DNA of 64,000 bases from a virus (taxonomy: Duplodnaviria > Caudoviricetes), in the IMG/VR virus record IMGVR_UViG_3300037067_021792. The stretch is one strand, 5' to 3'. Below the pieces are notes generated by a model, which made no database searches, was not told the DNA's origin, and saw only the letters and a list, made by a program, of their open reading frames with translations. This document shows positions 48,588 through 58,737 of this stretch, one piece after another. The position numbers and the translations under genes are program-made. The number at the start of each line of letters is the position of its first letter. Positions within the stretch are counted from its first letter, which is position 1.

Positions 48588-51500
48588 GTGGCTAGAGAAT
48601 CGTGGTGGGTGATAAATAATACTAAGCGTCCTGTCGTAATTGGTGATCTTCCGAGGGTTCCTACTATTGAGTCGGGCAAGAAGGTAGATTTGCTCCTTTA
48701 TGCCACCAAAGACCAAATAGGACAATCCCAAAATTTAACTGATTTAAGTAAGTCTGGTGCAATCACCATCAAAAAATATGCGGGTATTACCCAAAAAACC
48801 ATTTCTCGTAATCGGTCTGAAGAATCCATCACAAGTGTAGAAGAGGAAGAATTAACAGATGCCTTAACAGATGCCTTAACAGATGCCTTAACAGATTATT
48901 ACACTAAAGATGAGGTCTATACTAAGGATGAGACAGATGATTTATTAGTGGCTGCTCATAACCGTTTAATTGTCAGTGTGGAACCTAAGTCTGGTCAATA
49001 TGATTCTATTGCCGCTGCCATTGCTGCGGTTACAAGTCCCGCAGATGATAACAGATGGGTTATAAAAGTAGAACCAGGTATATACACAGAACCTTTGTGC
49101 GATATCCCATCTTATGTATCTATCGTAGGCGATTCCACTGAGGCGGTGGTTGTTAAACCCGATGGTGACCACAATATATTCAATTTAAGTCAACATAGTC
49201 GTATGAACTTTATGACAATATCGGATGCTCCGTCGGGCCGATACGGGATATATGCATATGATATTGGTAATTTTGCGATATTACATAAAGTTAGTATTAC
49301 TGACTGTGAGACTGGTGTTTACTTGGCATCGAACACTGCTGACTCCTATTTATTTTTAGAATATGTGGATTTCACCGATTGTGATACAGTAGCAAAAGTC
49401 ACTAACCTTGCCTCTAAAACAGCATTTCTCAACGGAGAAAATATTTATTTTGAATACATGACCAAAACGCCTGTTACTGCTGTCACCGTCGATGGTGCTT
49501 ATGCTCAAATAAGTATACAAGGATTAAATGCACTAAGTGCATCCGGCAGCGGAGATGGGACTGCATTTCTTGTCACTAATGGTGGATATTTAAATGTATC
49601 TTCAGGTCGGGCTGAAGATTGGAATATCGCTTTTCGTGCTGATACCAATGGAAGTAATCCGTATATTAAAATTCAATCGGTTGATATAGATGATTGCACA
49701 ACAAATTTAAAAATAGAGAACACAACGGCCGAAGGTTATTTTGCTGGGTTCACTGAAGTTGAGAAAACAGAGATTGCAGCAGCATCGGGATTTTTTATTG
49801 TCAGTAATGATTCGAATATTATAACTGTAGCCAAAAAAGGTGGTGAATATACCTCAGTAAAGGAAGCAATCGACAATATTACAAACGCTTCTGTTACTAA
49901 TAAATATATTATCTTAATTGGGCCGGGTGTGTTTAAAGAAGATACTATCGTAATGAAAGATTATATTTATTTGTTGGGATGTCTTAAATATGCATCTCAT
50001 ATTGAATTAGATACAGCAACATATCCAGCTAGTACTCATCTGATTACTGCTAATGATAAAAAATCTTCTATTTCAGACTGTATATTGGAAGCAAATGGTA
50101 AGACTGTTATTAGGTATACGGGTGGTTCATTCAGGGTTTTGGGATGTCAATTTTATGATTGTACGACTTGTATTGATGCTACTAATATTTCTGGCACCAC
50201 AACAAATAAAATAATTTTGAATGATACCGATTTGGGTATTGGACAAACAGCTACGACATTTATTACAGCTTCAGACGATGGTGCTCATACGGGTGTTATT
50301 TCTTTAAATAATGTAAAAATCACTGATGGCACATTAACTGACTTCGCTCTTGTGGTAGGTTCAAATACTACGCTTAAAATTACTAACAGCAAATTAGATC
50401 AAGACACTTTGGCTGGAACGTGTATCTCCATGAGCAATGGATCTAACTTAGAGATTATTGCATCTACCATATCCGGATTTGCAACTGGTTTTGATTGTCC
50501 GAACGTTGGCTCTGGTCCAGATATAAAAATATCAGCTCTGTGGGATTCTAACACCGAAGATATAGATATAGAGAATCCACTTACGACTGGTACTATTGTC
50601 GGAATTGCTACTGCTACTAAAATAAAAGTAACTGATTTGGCGGATGTGTCATTATCCATAACTGATCCCAATGATGGGAGCCTGAATGTTGTTGGAGATT
50701 ATTATCGAGGCGATACTTGGAACGACCTTACAAATTTTACTCCACTTTTGAATAAAGGGCAGGCGCTAGGAGCTATATATGGTGGAGAATTAGATACTGG
50801 CAGTGGCGACGGATTATATATTAATATATCTAGTGGCAATGGATACTTAATGACAGGGGATTCACCTGATGACCATGCTACTTTTATCGAATGGGATGAC
50901 ACGGCGCTTCTTTTGCCTGCATCTACTTCCTCTTATATTTATGTAGATGATGACGAGCACGTTCATTCGGCGGATACCCTGCCGGATTTTTTTAAGACAA
51001 TTATTCTAGGTAAAGTGCAAACTTCTGCTACAGGAATTTTATTTATACAAGATATCATAGTCGAAGCCAATCAGATGGTGAGTCGTCTTGATAGAACTTT
51101 AAGGTCGGGATTCGGTCCAATTTATTCATCGGGCTCCCAGCTTGCAGAAACTGGTATCCGTGAGCTAAATATTACTCAGGGTAAATACTATTATGGCACC
51201 CATGAATATACTCCTCCAGAAGAAAATACAATTGGATGGACCGCTTGGTATTATAATGGAAGTTCGTGGGTCACTGTCGCGCAGAAACAAGTAGACAAAG
51301 ATAATTATAATAATCTTGCCTCTGGTTTGTCGGCATTAGGAGCTGGGAATTATACAAAACATGCTTTTTATCTTGCGAATGATAACACAACTGGGCATAC
51401 GACTTACCAATTAGTTTATGGTTCTAGTAATGAGGCTGATCCTGCTAACACTGAATTACCTAATCCCCCTGGCTTTTGGACTAGCAATATAGTAAGAGTT

Positions 51501-53489
51501 CAGTCTATTTTGGTCAGACAAAGTTCTGCTACTATAATTGAGTTTGAAGACTTAACACCTAAATTAAGTTTTGTTGCTCCGGCGACAACGACCATAACTC
51601 AGCACGCTTTACTTGGTGGCCTTGCAACTGGTAATGATCATCCACAATATTTGCGAAGAGATGGCACTAGTACTATGGTTGATAATTTGGATGTTGGCGG
51701 GAACGACATTGTTGGTGTTGGTTTGGTGGATGGTATAGATGTTGGAGATCATTCATCTCGGCATAATCCAAATAGCGGGACCGATCCTTTGTCTACGTCT
51801 TCTGCGGTTTCTATTGGGATAGGAACTACCAACACAGAAGGCAATGATCCATCTTTCGCCAGAAATGATCATACGCATTTAATTGAAAACGCGCCAGTGT
51901 CTGCCGGAGCCTATGGAACTGATCCAACATTTGTAGACAATGGCAATGGCACGGCAAATATCGGAGCTGGAGACTATTTATTATATACTACAACCGATTT
52001 TACTGGACCATTGACTAAATATTCAATTGCAGCATTATCTAATGCTGCTTTTACAGAAGGTGTAACTAGTTATGTCGTTGTCAATTATAATGGTGGCTCA
52101 CCAGAGTATCAGGTTATCACGAATGTTGAATTGATTACTGAATCAAGTATTCTTCCGGTTTTTACTGTCTTTAGGCACGGCACCACGCTGCATTATATTG
52201 ATTGGGATAGAATGGCCGATGGTATGGTTAACAAAATACACCAGCGGATGGTTAAAACTGACAGAACTGCAAGAGAATCAGGATTGGCGCTGTCTGAATC
52301 TGGAACTCGCGTTGTAGAAATTAGTGAAGGCAAGTTCTGGTATGGTGGTGTTAGAACCACTGCTGCCGCTTTTTCATCTGACACTGATATGTGGCATTTT
52401 TGGAAACATGTTGCTACTGTTTGGACGATAGATTTAACAACAACTGCATATAATAACTCTCAATATGACAATGGAACGAATCTGGTAAATTTAACAGCTG
52501 ATTATTTTACGGTTAACTGGGTATATAGAGGCATTGAAAGCACGGCTCATGCCCATTATATTTTAGGTGACGCTGAATATGCTTCAATTTCTGCAGCAAT
52601 AGAATCACAGCCACCAGCATCTCTTCCACCTATGATATCATCAAGTGCTTTTTTGGTCGGTAGAATTATTATTAAACAAGGACAAAACACTGCTTCTGGC
52701 ACTACTGGTAAAATTGAGAGTGCATTCACGGTTAAATTTGTTCCTGTTCCAATCAATAGCCATAATGAATTATATTCTTTGCAAGGTGGAACTGCTGCTG
52801 AATATTATCACTTAACAAATGCCCAACATACTGGTCTAACATCGTTTACTGGTGATAGGGCAATTGTAAGTAATGCTGGCGGCACAACTTTGTCTTCCAG
52901 CGCTGTGACAGCAACTGAACTGGGATATGTTTCCGGTGTCACATCTTCGATTCAGACTCAACTGGGAACCAAAACAACAGCTGTTAGTCCTTCTGTGGCA
53001 GATAATTTTGTGTCGTTTTCTAATATAACTGGCGGGCAGAAAGATAGTGGTAAAAAGGACACTGATTATGTTCATGTTATAGGCAATGAGAATATAGCAG
53101 GTATCAAGACGTTCACTAACAGCATTTCTGTTACTCAAAACCAATTTTTTCCTGTAGTGTCTCTGTCTCTGACGGCCGGCGGAGCGAACGATGATGTTGT
53201 TATTGGCAATGGAACATTTTTCAGAGTAACACTTGTAGGCACGGGCAACTTCACAGTTTCAGGTTTTGCTGGCGGTGCCGATGGAAGAAGAATAATTGTA
53301 TTTTATCCCAACACGACGGGGGATAGAATGACCATTGTTAATGATGCCACATCGGTTGCTGCCAATAGAATTTATACGTGTACTAGTGGCAACATCCTGA
53401 CAGCAGCCGGAACAGGATCAAGGGGTATCTTTGAATTTATATACAGTGGGACGGATTCCAGGTGGATTTTAATTAGTTACATTCAATAA
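48588..53489 (+). CDS. Large tail-fibre/tailspike-like structural protein with beta-helix regions
   Basis: YTKDE repeats, two GxY.SI..AI..I..G.Y.E beta-helix caps, DHPQY, GVTSSIQTQL, GNENIAGIKTF; GGAGG RBS before GTG 48588. Confidence 0.75.
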   Translation: MARESWWVINNTKRPVVIGDLPRVPTIESGKKVDLLLYATKDQIGQSQNLTDLSKSGAITIKKYAGITQKTISRNRSEESITSVEEEELTDALTDALTDALTDYYTKDEVYTKDETDDLLVAAHNRLIVSVEPKSGQYDSIAAAIAAVTSPADDNRWVIKVEPGIYTEPLCDIPSYVSIVGDSTEAVVVKPDGDHNIFNLSQHSRMNFMTISDAPSGRYGIYAYDIGNFAILHKVSITDCETGVYLASNTADSYLFLEYVDFTDCDTVAKVTNLASKTAFLNGENIYFEYMTKTPVTAVTVDGAYAQISIQGLNALSASGSGDGTAFLVTNGGYLNVSSGRAEDWNIAFRADTNGSNPYIKIQSVDIDDCTTNLKIENTTAEGYFAGFTEVEKTEIAAASGFFIVSNDSNIITVAKKGGEYTSVKEAIDNITNASVTNKYIILIGPGVFKEDTIVMKDYIYLLGCLKYASHIELDTATYPASTHLITANDKKSSISDCILEANGKTVIRYTGGSFRVLGCQFYDCTTCIDATNISGTTTNKIILNDTDLGIGQTATTFITASDDGAHTGVISLNNVKITDGTLTDFALVVGSNTTLKITNSKLDQDTLAGTCISMSNGSNLEIIASTISGFATGFDCPNVGSGPDIKISALWDSNTEDIDIENPLTTGTIVGIATATKIKVTDLADVSLSITDPNDGSLNVVGDYYRGDTWNDLTNFTPLLNKGQALGAIYGGELDTGSGDGLYINISSGNGYLMTGDSPDDHATFIEWDDTALLLPASTSSYIYVDDDEHVHSADTLPDFFKTIILGKVQTSATGILFIQDIIVEANQMVSRLDRTLRSGFGPIYSSGSQLAETGIRELNITQGKYYYGTHEYTPPEENTIGWTAWYYNGSSWVTVAQKQVDKDNYNNLASGLSALGAGNYTKHAFYLANDNTTGHTTYQLVYGSSNEADPANTELPNPPGFWTSNIVRVQSILVRQSSATIIEFEDLTPKLSFVAPATTTITQHALLGGLATGNDHPQYLRRDGTSTMVDNLDVGGNDIVGVGLVDGIDVGDHSSRHNPNSGTDPLSTSSAVSIGIGTTNTEGNDPSFARNDHTHLIENAPVSAGAYGTDPTFVDNGNGTANIGAGDYLLYTTTDFTGPLTKYSIAALSNAAFTEGVTSYVVVNYNGGSPEYQVITNVELITESSILPVFTVFRHGTTLHYIDWDRMADGMVNKIHQRMVKTDRTARESGLALSESGTRVVEISEGKFWYGGVRTTAAAFSSDTDMWHFWKHVATVWTIDLTTTAYNNSQYDNGTNLVNLTADYFTVNWVYRGIESTAHAHYILGDAEYASISAAIESQPPASLPPMISSSAFLVGRIIIKQGQNTASGTTGKIESAFTVKFVPVPINSHNELYSLQGGTAAEYYHLTNAQHTGLTSFTGDRAIVSNAGGTTLSSSAVTATELGYVSGVTSSIQTQLGTKTTAVSPSVADNFVSFSNITGGQKDSGKKDTDYVHVIGNENIAGIKTFTNSISVTQNQFFPVVSLSLTAGGANDDVVIGNGTFFRVTLVGTGNFTVSGFAGGADGRRIIVFYPNTTGDRMTIVNDATSVAANRIYTCTSGNILTAAGTGSRGIFEFIYSGTDSRWILISYIQ
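48852..48896 (+). repeat. 12-bp tandem repeat TTAACAGATGCC x3.75 (in-frame LTDA)
   Basis: Direct reading. Confidence 0.9.
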
Positions 53490-53493
53490 TGGC

Positions 53494-53521
53494 TTGACAT
53501 TGGCGCAGCATGTGGTATACT
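53494..53521 (+). promoter_or_regulatory. sigma70-type promoter
   Basis: TTGACA-16-TATACT. Confidence 0.75.
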
Positions 53522-53557
53522 ATAGCAGGAAGCACGGACCTGACTAGGAGCACTAAA

Positions 53558-53752
53558 TTGTTGCTGAACAAAAAAGCAGTCCGACAATTTATCCTTGATA
53601 AAATATCTGAGCGGCGACCACATCTCAAAATTGACAGAGTTTATAAAGACGTTTATAACAATTTAGATGCCAAGATTAGGAGAATTATCCTGGCAGAGAT
53701 TGATAGGCATCCCACAGTAGGAAAAACTTTCCGCATAGAACCTCTGCTTTGA
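53558..53752 (+). CDS. Small basic protein, candidate histone fold
   Basis: LLNKKAVRQF..RVYKDVYNNLDAKIRRII..GKTF; AGGAG RBS. Confidence 0.5.
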   Translation: MLLNKKAVRQFILDKISERRPHLKIDRVYKDVYNNLDAKIRRIILAEIDRHPTVGKTFRIEPLL

Positions 53753-53785
53753 ATATGGTATAATATATAGAAGGAGGCAAAATTA

Positions 53786-54295
53786 ATGAACAGAAAAGTT
53801 CCTTCCTCAACCAGAGAAGGGAAAAAGTCCATCCAAGTTAATCAAATCACCTTTCTACGACTCAATAAAAAGAAATCATTCCAAGTAAGATTTTTGGCGC
53901 CTTTGTGCAGACCTGTTTTTTCAGTGGTCTCTCCATTTACGGATTATTGTTCGTTCGTCATTGATCGTGCGGATAATAAGATTAAAATGTTCGAATTCAG
54001 CGGTTCTATTTTTGAGTGCTTAAAATCTTTCATGGAATCCCGAGGGTATTGCACAGAAATCGAGGACCCGGGTGATTCAATTCATGGTGGAGAATGGGAA
54101 ATCTATTGGGACAGAGTCACAAAACAATGGTTGGCTCGTGTAATTCGCATGGAAGAATTATCTAAAAAAGATCGAAAATTAATACATCAATTTGTTTCTG
54201 ACGTATCGCAGCCATTTGTTAAGTACGAGCACTTAATCAAGGACATGATTGAACCAGTGTGCGACCGCACAGAGAACCTAATACCGCTGCACTAA
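53786..54295 (+). CDS. gp32-like ssDNA-binding protein (short)
   Basis: FLRL..VRFL..VIDRAD.KIK.FEF..I..DPGD..G. Confidence 0.5.
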   Translation: MNRKVPSSTREGKKSIQVNQITFLRLNKKKSFQVRFLAPLCRPVFSVVSPFTDYCSFVIDRADNKIKMFEFSGSIFECLKSFMESRGYCTEIEDPGDSIHGGEWEIYWDRVTKQWLARVIRMEELSKKDRKLIHQFVSDVSQPFVKYEHLIKDMIEPVCDRTENLIPLH

Positions 54296-54307
54296 ACTTA
54301 TTTTTAG

Positions 54308-54335
54308 TTGACTTTTGGCTACTTGATGCTATAAT
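54308..54335 (+). promoter_or_regulatory. sigma70-type promoter
   Basis: TTGACT-16-TATAAT. Confidence 0.75.
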
Positions 54336-54381
54336 AGTGGGTAGCGTTGTCGAAAAACCCAGAACAAAAAAGGAAGGCAAG

Positions 54382-55068
54382 ATGAATCAGGCAGATTTGA
54401 GAGTGGCAATTGAATCGGCAATTCAGGAAAAGTGCATGTCTAGCATTCCGTTTACTGGCCTGTGTATCAGTAAACCTATTATCGAAAAGAATCCAGAGCT
54501 TCGACATAAGCGAGACGTGAAGCCAATTATCGATGATATGTGGGCAAATGGGAGTATGGTGGGCGTTGATGAGGATGGCATTGCAGATATTCCATATACC
54601 CGATCCATGATCGATGTGGCAGGTGGGAAGTATCAGGCGTGGCTATATCACAGCCCTAATTTTGACCCCGCGAATTTTAGTGAAACAGATTTGTCTCTGT
54701 CTCGCAAGAAGCCTGATCCTGTGGATGTTGATGCTGAGTTGGGATCGGTTACTCCAACTACTGCTGCTCGATTTCTTGACCTGAGCGAAGAGGATGACAA
54801 TTCCCCTTTTGAGTGTAAAGCCCAGGATAGAAGGGCTTGTCTTAATATTCCCCGTGCTGCAATCAGAATGTTGAAGTGGAAGCAAGGAGATCATCTAGTT
54901 GTTACTTCATCTGCATCACCTTATAGTTTTAAGGTTAATAAGGTGAGAAGGACCCAGCCATTTAATCAGATCGTTGACAAGGAAGGTAGAGTGCGATTGC
55001 ACGGCATTTATCCGTCTTTGCCTGCGAAAGTTACCGTAAAAAATAAGGAAATATTGGTATGGAGCTGA
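54382..55068 (+). CDS. Protein with C-terminal AbrB/MraZ-like DNA-binding domain
   Basis: LNIPRAAIRMLKWKQGD..VDKEGRVRL. Confidence 0.55.
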   Translation: MNQADLRVAIESAIQEKCMSSIPFTGLCISKPIIEKNPELRHKRDVKPIIDDMWANGSMVGVDEDGIADIPYTRSMIDVAGGKYQAWLYHSPNFDPANFSETDLSLSRKKPDPVDVDAELGSVTPTTAARFLDLSEEDDNSPFECKAQDRRACLNIPRAAIRMLKWKQGDHLVVTSSASPYSFKVNKVRRTQPFNQIVDKEGRVRLHGIYPSLPAKVTVKNKEILVWS

Positions 55069-55115
55069 TCGTTTGCTGGGGGATTTCTTAACTAAAAAGA
55101 GCTACCAAAAATAAA

Positions 55116-55811
55116 ATGAGACGTAATATATCTCGATCCGGTTCAGTCCGGCGAGAAAAACACGATAGGTATCAGATTAAAAATTGGGTAGATAGGCTGC
55201 CCGATGTTCCATGTTTTGTTTTGGGCAATGCACCAAGTATTTTAGACCACGACATATCTCTACTTGAAAACTATTTTACCATAGGTATTAATCGTGCGTT
55301 TAAATTGATTGATCCAACAGTTTTGCTGTGGCAAGATGCTAGTTTTTGGAGAACAGAGTATTATAATATCCATAATTTGCAAGCACTAAAAATAGCCAGG
55401 GATACTGCCGACCCTAGACGATTATATTTCAATTTTCATTTGAAAGGCGATTATAAATTTGCCAATCCGAAACAGTCTCATATTTTATATGGCAGAGGCA
55501 GTTCCGGACCTATTGCGATCCAACTTGCATATGCTCTTGGGTGTAGACCAATAGTTCTACTTGGCATGGACTGTCAAACGGATGATCAAGGTAGAGGAGA
55601 TTTCTATGGTAACAATAGATTTTGGCTACCCCACACCCTCGATAGTTGCCAGAAGGGGTTAGAATTTATTAGAAAAAACTGTCCAGTGGAAATAATATCG
55701 TGCGGGAATTCGCCCTTGTGGGATCGAAGGGAATTATCGGATGTGTTAAAAAGCCTAAAAGTAAAACCAATGGGTAGGCAGCAATATATCGCTCAACTAT
55801 CTGCTTTTTAA
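55116..55811 (+). CDS. DUF115/MptE/Maf-like glycan-modifying enzyme
   Basis: CFVLGNAPS, TIGIN, SG..AIQLAYALGC.PIVLLGMD. Confidence 0.7.
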   Translation: MRRNISRSGSVRREKHDRYQIKNWVDRLPDVPCFVLGNAPSILDHDISLLENYFTIGINRAFKLIDPTVLLWQDASFWRTEYYNIHNLQALKIARDTADPRRLYFNFHLKGDYKFANPKQSHILYGRGSSGPIAIQLAYALGCRPIVLLGMDCQTDDQGRGDFYGNNRFWLPHTLDSCQKGLEFIRKNCPVEIISCGNSPLWDRRELSDVLKSLKVKPMGRQQYIAQLSAF

Positions 55812-55839
55812 TTGACAATCTCGGAATTTGTGTTATACT
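55812..55839 (+). promoter_or_regulatory. sigma70-type promoter of ankyrin copy 2
   Basis: TTGACA-16-TATACT. Confidence 0.75.
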
Positions 55840-55859
55840 TTACAAGTACGAAAAGGAGA

Positions 55860-56633
55860 ATGGTCGTGCCATTTTACAAAATCACAAATGAAGCTGAAAC
55901 ACACAACGGCTTGAAATACAAGACAGGATTAAACGTAGACCCCCTACCTTTCAATCCTCACGGAGATTGTGAGCCAGGTGGCATTTATTACACTGATGCT
56001 AGAAATATCTTTCATTTCCTCAACTATGGTCCCTGGATCAGAGAGGTTATACTACCCAAAGACGCTCAAGTTTATCAAAATCCTGGCACCCCTCTAAAGT
56101 GGAAAGCAGATAAAGTTAAGTTAGGACCACGCCATAAGTGGAGTAGTGTAGAAGTTCTCAAGAGTCTTATCAAAGAGGGTGCGGATATACATACTAATGA
56201 TGATTATGTTTTGAGATGGGCTGCTGAAAGTGATCATCTAGATGTGGTAAAATACCTGGTTAAAAACGGCGCTGATATACATGCTTGGAATGATTATGTT
56301 TTGAGATGGGCTGCTTGTAATGGTCATCTAAATGCGGTTAAATATCTCGTTAAAAATGGCGCTAATATACACTCTGGGGGTGATTGGGTTTTGATGTCCG
56401 CTGCTGAGGCGGGTCAACTAAGTGTAGTAAAATATCTCGTAGAAAAGGGTGCTAATATACACGCTGGGGATGACTATGCCTTGAGACATGCTGCTTACAA
56501 TGGTCATCTAGATATAGTTAAATACTTGGTTAAAAACGGCGCTAATATACACGCTGGGGATGATTGGGCTTTACGATATGCTGCTTGTAATGGCCATCTA
56601 GATGTGGTTAAATACCTGGGAAGCAACAGATGA
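55860..56633 (+). CDS. N-domain + ankyrin-repeat protein, copy 2 (five 30-aa units)
   Basis: Paralog of 42247; AAGGAG RBS. Confidence 0.9.
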   Translation: MVVPFYKITNEAETHNGLKYKTGLNVDPLPFNPHGDCEPGGIYYTDARNIFHFLNYGPWIREVILPKDAQVYQNPGTPLKWKADKVKLGPRHKWSSVEVLKSLIKEGADIHTNDDYVLRWAAESDHLDVVKYLVKNGADIHAWNDYVLRWAACNGHLNAVKYLVKNGANIHSGGDWVLMSAAEAGQLSVVKYLVEKGANIHAGDDYALRHAAYNGHLDIVKYLVKNGANIHAGDDWALRYAACNGHLDVVKYLGSNR

Positions 56634-56765
56634 GAACCGGACAGGTACTCTATGCGGCAGTAATGAAAGATTCTGGCGAAATATTTTCCCACCCAGAAGG
56701 AGAGATAATGTCGGAGTCCAAAGCTGGGCTGGATTTCTTTGGGAATAGCATTGAAATTATAGACA

Positions 56766-58149
56766 ATCAACTACCCAACCGCTAAAGACGGTCGGGTTTG
56801 CTCCTTAACAGGAACGATTGGCTAGTTGATAGTAGCCTGCCCATCAGGTTTAATCTGCCGCGTAGCGGCAAATTAAAGGAGACAGGGTGTTTAGCTCCTT
56901 TCGCTTCTTGAGTCTGAACATACTTACGAGCTATATTAATAGCAGCATTCCAGTCTGCATCAAATATTACTCCATCAGAAGCGTTGAACCTACATCCCTT
57001 CCGCTCTCCTCCAGCCAGACCACGATGGTCTCTTTGACTAGTATAAGCAGGGTTAACCGTTTTAATCCTCTTCCCTCGAATAGGTGCCTTGTAGGTCAGG
57101 ATGCTCAACAGCATCCCAAAAGGAACTTGACTAAGTCTATTTTTGGAAGATTTACTCTTCTTGTAATTGTTCTTTCTCAAGTTCTTCTTTTTGAGATTGG
57201 ACAAGTCTTCCAAAACAATCGTGTTGGAACTGGCCTCAAGAATTTTGTTAGCCAGATGATGAGACATGTTCCTATTTTTGTTTCTCTCTTGTCTGCGTAT
57301 CTTATGGAGCTTCCTTTTGGAAGAATGAGAATTAGTCTTCTTCCTCTTGGAATTGAGGACTCTTTTAAGATAACGTAGAGCCCGTTTTTGTTGGAGGAAG
57401 TCTTTGTCAGTGAGAGCCAAACCTTCTGATGTGACAGCAAAACGACGTTCGCCAAGGTCCACACCAATACAGGTATTCTCTACAAAAGTAGGCTCAGGAA
57501 CCTCAAAGGAGATTGACAGCCAGAACTGATTGTCTCTGACAAAAACGAGTGGATCACAAGCAGAATACTTTGAGAATAGTTCCTCGAACTTATCATAAGG
57601 CTGGTAGGAACAGATAATACGTTTGCCAGTCGTGGTGAGTTTAATCTGATTATTATCTAGGAAGGTGTAAAGTCTCTTGTCTAGGCGGATGCTTAGGTTA
57701 GTTTGTTGACAAGGTTCTTTTAACTGACTGAGCATTTTACTGGTTTTGAGAGCTTTGTAGGTAGCGTAGACTGAGTTGATAGCTCGTATAATAACTTGTG
57801 AGGGAGCGTTAGGAAAGAGTTTTCTGCACTGGTGATAGTTAGCATCCTGAATATGCTTTTTGTCGAGCTTCTGTCGTTTGAAGGTGTCAACGGATATATG
57901 GTTCCAAGCCTTTTGGTGCTCCAAAAGTGTTGATAAGAGGAGATTGTGGTCCTCTTGGGAGTTGAAGGAGAGTTTGATGTTGTAGGTTATATTGCTCACA
58001 ATTGTTACTTACGGAATGATTATACAAGTTCCTTTGTGGAATTTGAAAAATTAGGAATTATTTTCAAGGAGGCGGATTGCTAACTCCTTGGCTAAAGACC
58101 AAGGAGCTTCCGCAATCCGAACATAGTGAAACGGGTTCGTATGCCCGGT
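56766..58149 (-). mobile_element. TnpB-only IS200/IS605-family element (IS1341-like)
   Basis: Subterminal hairpins with identical loop CTAAAGA near 56774-56796 and 58084-58106; right end GGGTAGTTGAT; no tnpA. Confidence 0.78.
56782..57999 (-). CDS. tnpB: TnpB RNA-guided nuclease
   Basis: IGVDLG, IVLEDL, VNPAYTSQ, DADWNAAINI. Confidence 0.92.
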   Translation of the reverse strand: MSNITYNIKLSFNSQEDHNLLLSTLLEHQKAWNHISVDTFKRQKLDKKHIQDANYHQCRKLFPNAPSQVIIRAINSVYATYKALKTSKMLSQLKEPCQQTNLSIRLDKRLYTFLDNNQIKLTTTGKRIICSYQPYDKFEELFSKYSACDPLVFVRDNQFWLSISFEVPEPTFVENTCIGVDLGERRFAVTSEGLALTDKDFLQQKRALRYLKRVLNSKRKKTNSHSSKRKLHKIRRQERNKNRNMSHHLANKILEASSNTIVLEDLSNLKKKNLRKNNYKKSKSSKNRLSQVPFGMLLSILTYKAPIRGKRIKTVNPAYTSQRDHRGLAGGERKGCRFNASDGVIFDADWNAAINIARKYVQTQEAKGAKHPVSFNLPLRGRLNLMGRLLSTSQSFLLRSKPDRL

Positions 58150-58269
58150 TTAATTGGGTAATGACTAATTTTGATTATCATCCATTAGAGTTATCAGTAG
58201 GAGAATATTTTGAAAAACCCGTTCTTCGTAATTGGAGAACCAGCAAAGGCAGGATCGTAGAGGAATAAA

Positions 58270-58737
58270 ATGTATCTGACATTCGTTGAAAATGCTGATA
58301 AATGGAAGGATACGGTTCGAGGGTATTCAATAGATGATGAAATTATATTGCACGGGAAGCCTCGGGAATTTCCTTGTTTTATGATGCTTGGTAATATCAT
58401 AGGACATGACGCATATTGTAATTTTATTTATGAAGAAGATATTGTCCCTCTTTTGGACTCAAAAAAATACGTAAAAGCAAAGCACGTTGTTGACTTGTTA
58501 AATGAATTGTTTGAATACCAACCTGAATTTATCGCATCTATTGTGAATGCTAGATTTCCCGTAAACACGCTTGTTGCAAATCACCCGTTCATTCAAGTCA
58601 CACCGGATCGAACCGCTGGATTTTTGGGCATTATAAATGGGTTTTTTGGGGAAGTAAAAGATGGACATAGAGGGCACGTTAACGCCATTTTTAATGATGA
58701 TGGAAAACTTATTAAATTTGAAGAGGAGCAACCATGA
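58270..58737 (+). CDS. Hypothetical protein
   Basis: ORF coupled to nadE. Confidence 0.6.
   Translation: MYLTFVENADKWKDTVRGYSIDDEIILHGKPREFPCFMMLGNIIGHDAYCNFIYEEDIVPLLDSKKYVKAKHVVDLLNELFEYQPEFIASIVNARFPVNTLVANHPFIQVTPDRTAGFLGIINGFFGEVKDGHRGHVNAIFNDDGKLIKFEEEQP

Larger units (their letters stand above)
56630..58268 (+). pseudogene. Small gene interrupted by the TnpB element (56630-56765 joined to 58150-58268)
   Basis: Removing 56766-58149 restores one frame: ...NSIEIID-INWVMTNFDYHPLEL...RIVEE*. Confidence 0.55.

Noticed and set aside
55812-55859. ORF-track starts at 55812, 35504, 53510, 54259, 43457, 13634 and 48555
   Set aside because: They run through promoters or upstream genes; downstream starts were chosen, mostly on RBS evidence
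56766-58149. TnpB element as an IStron or Cas12f CRISPR locus
   Set aside because: It is antisense to the interrupted gene, leaves no room for a group I intron core, and has no array
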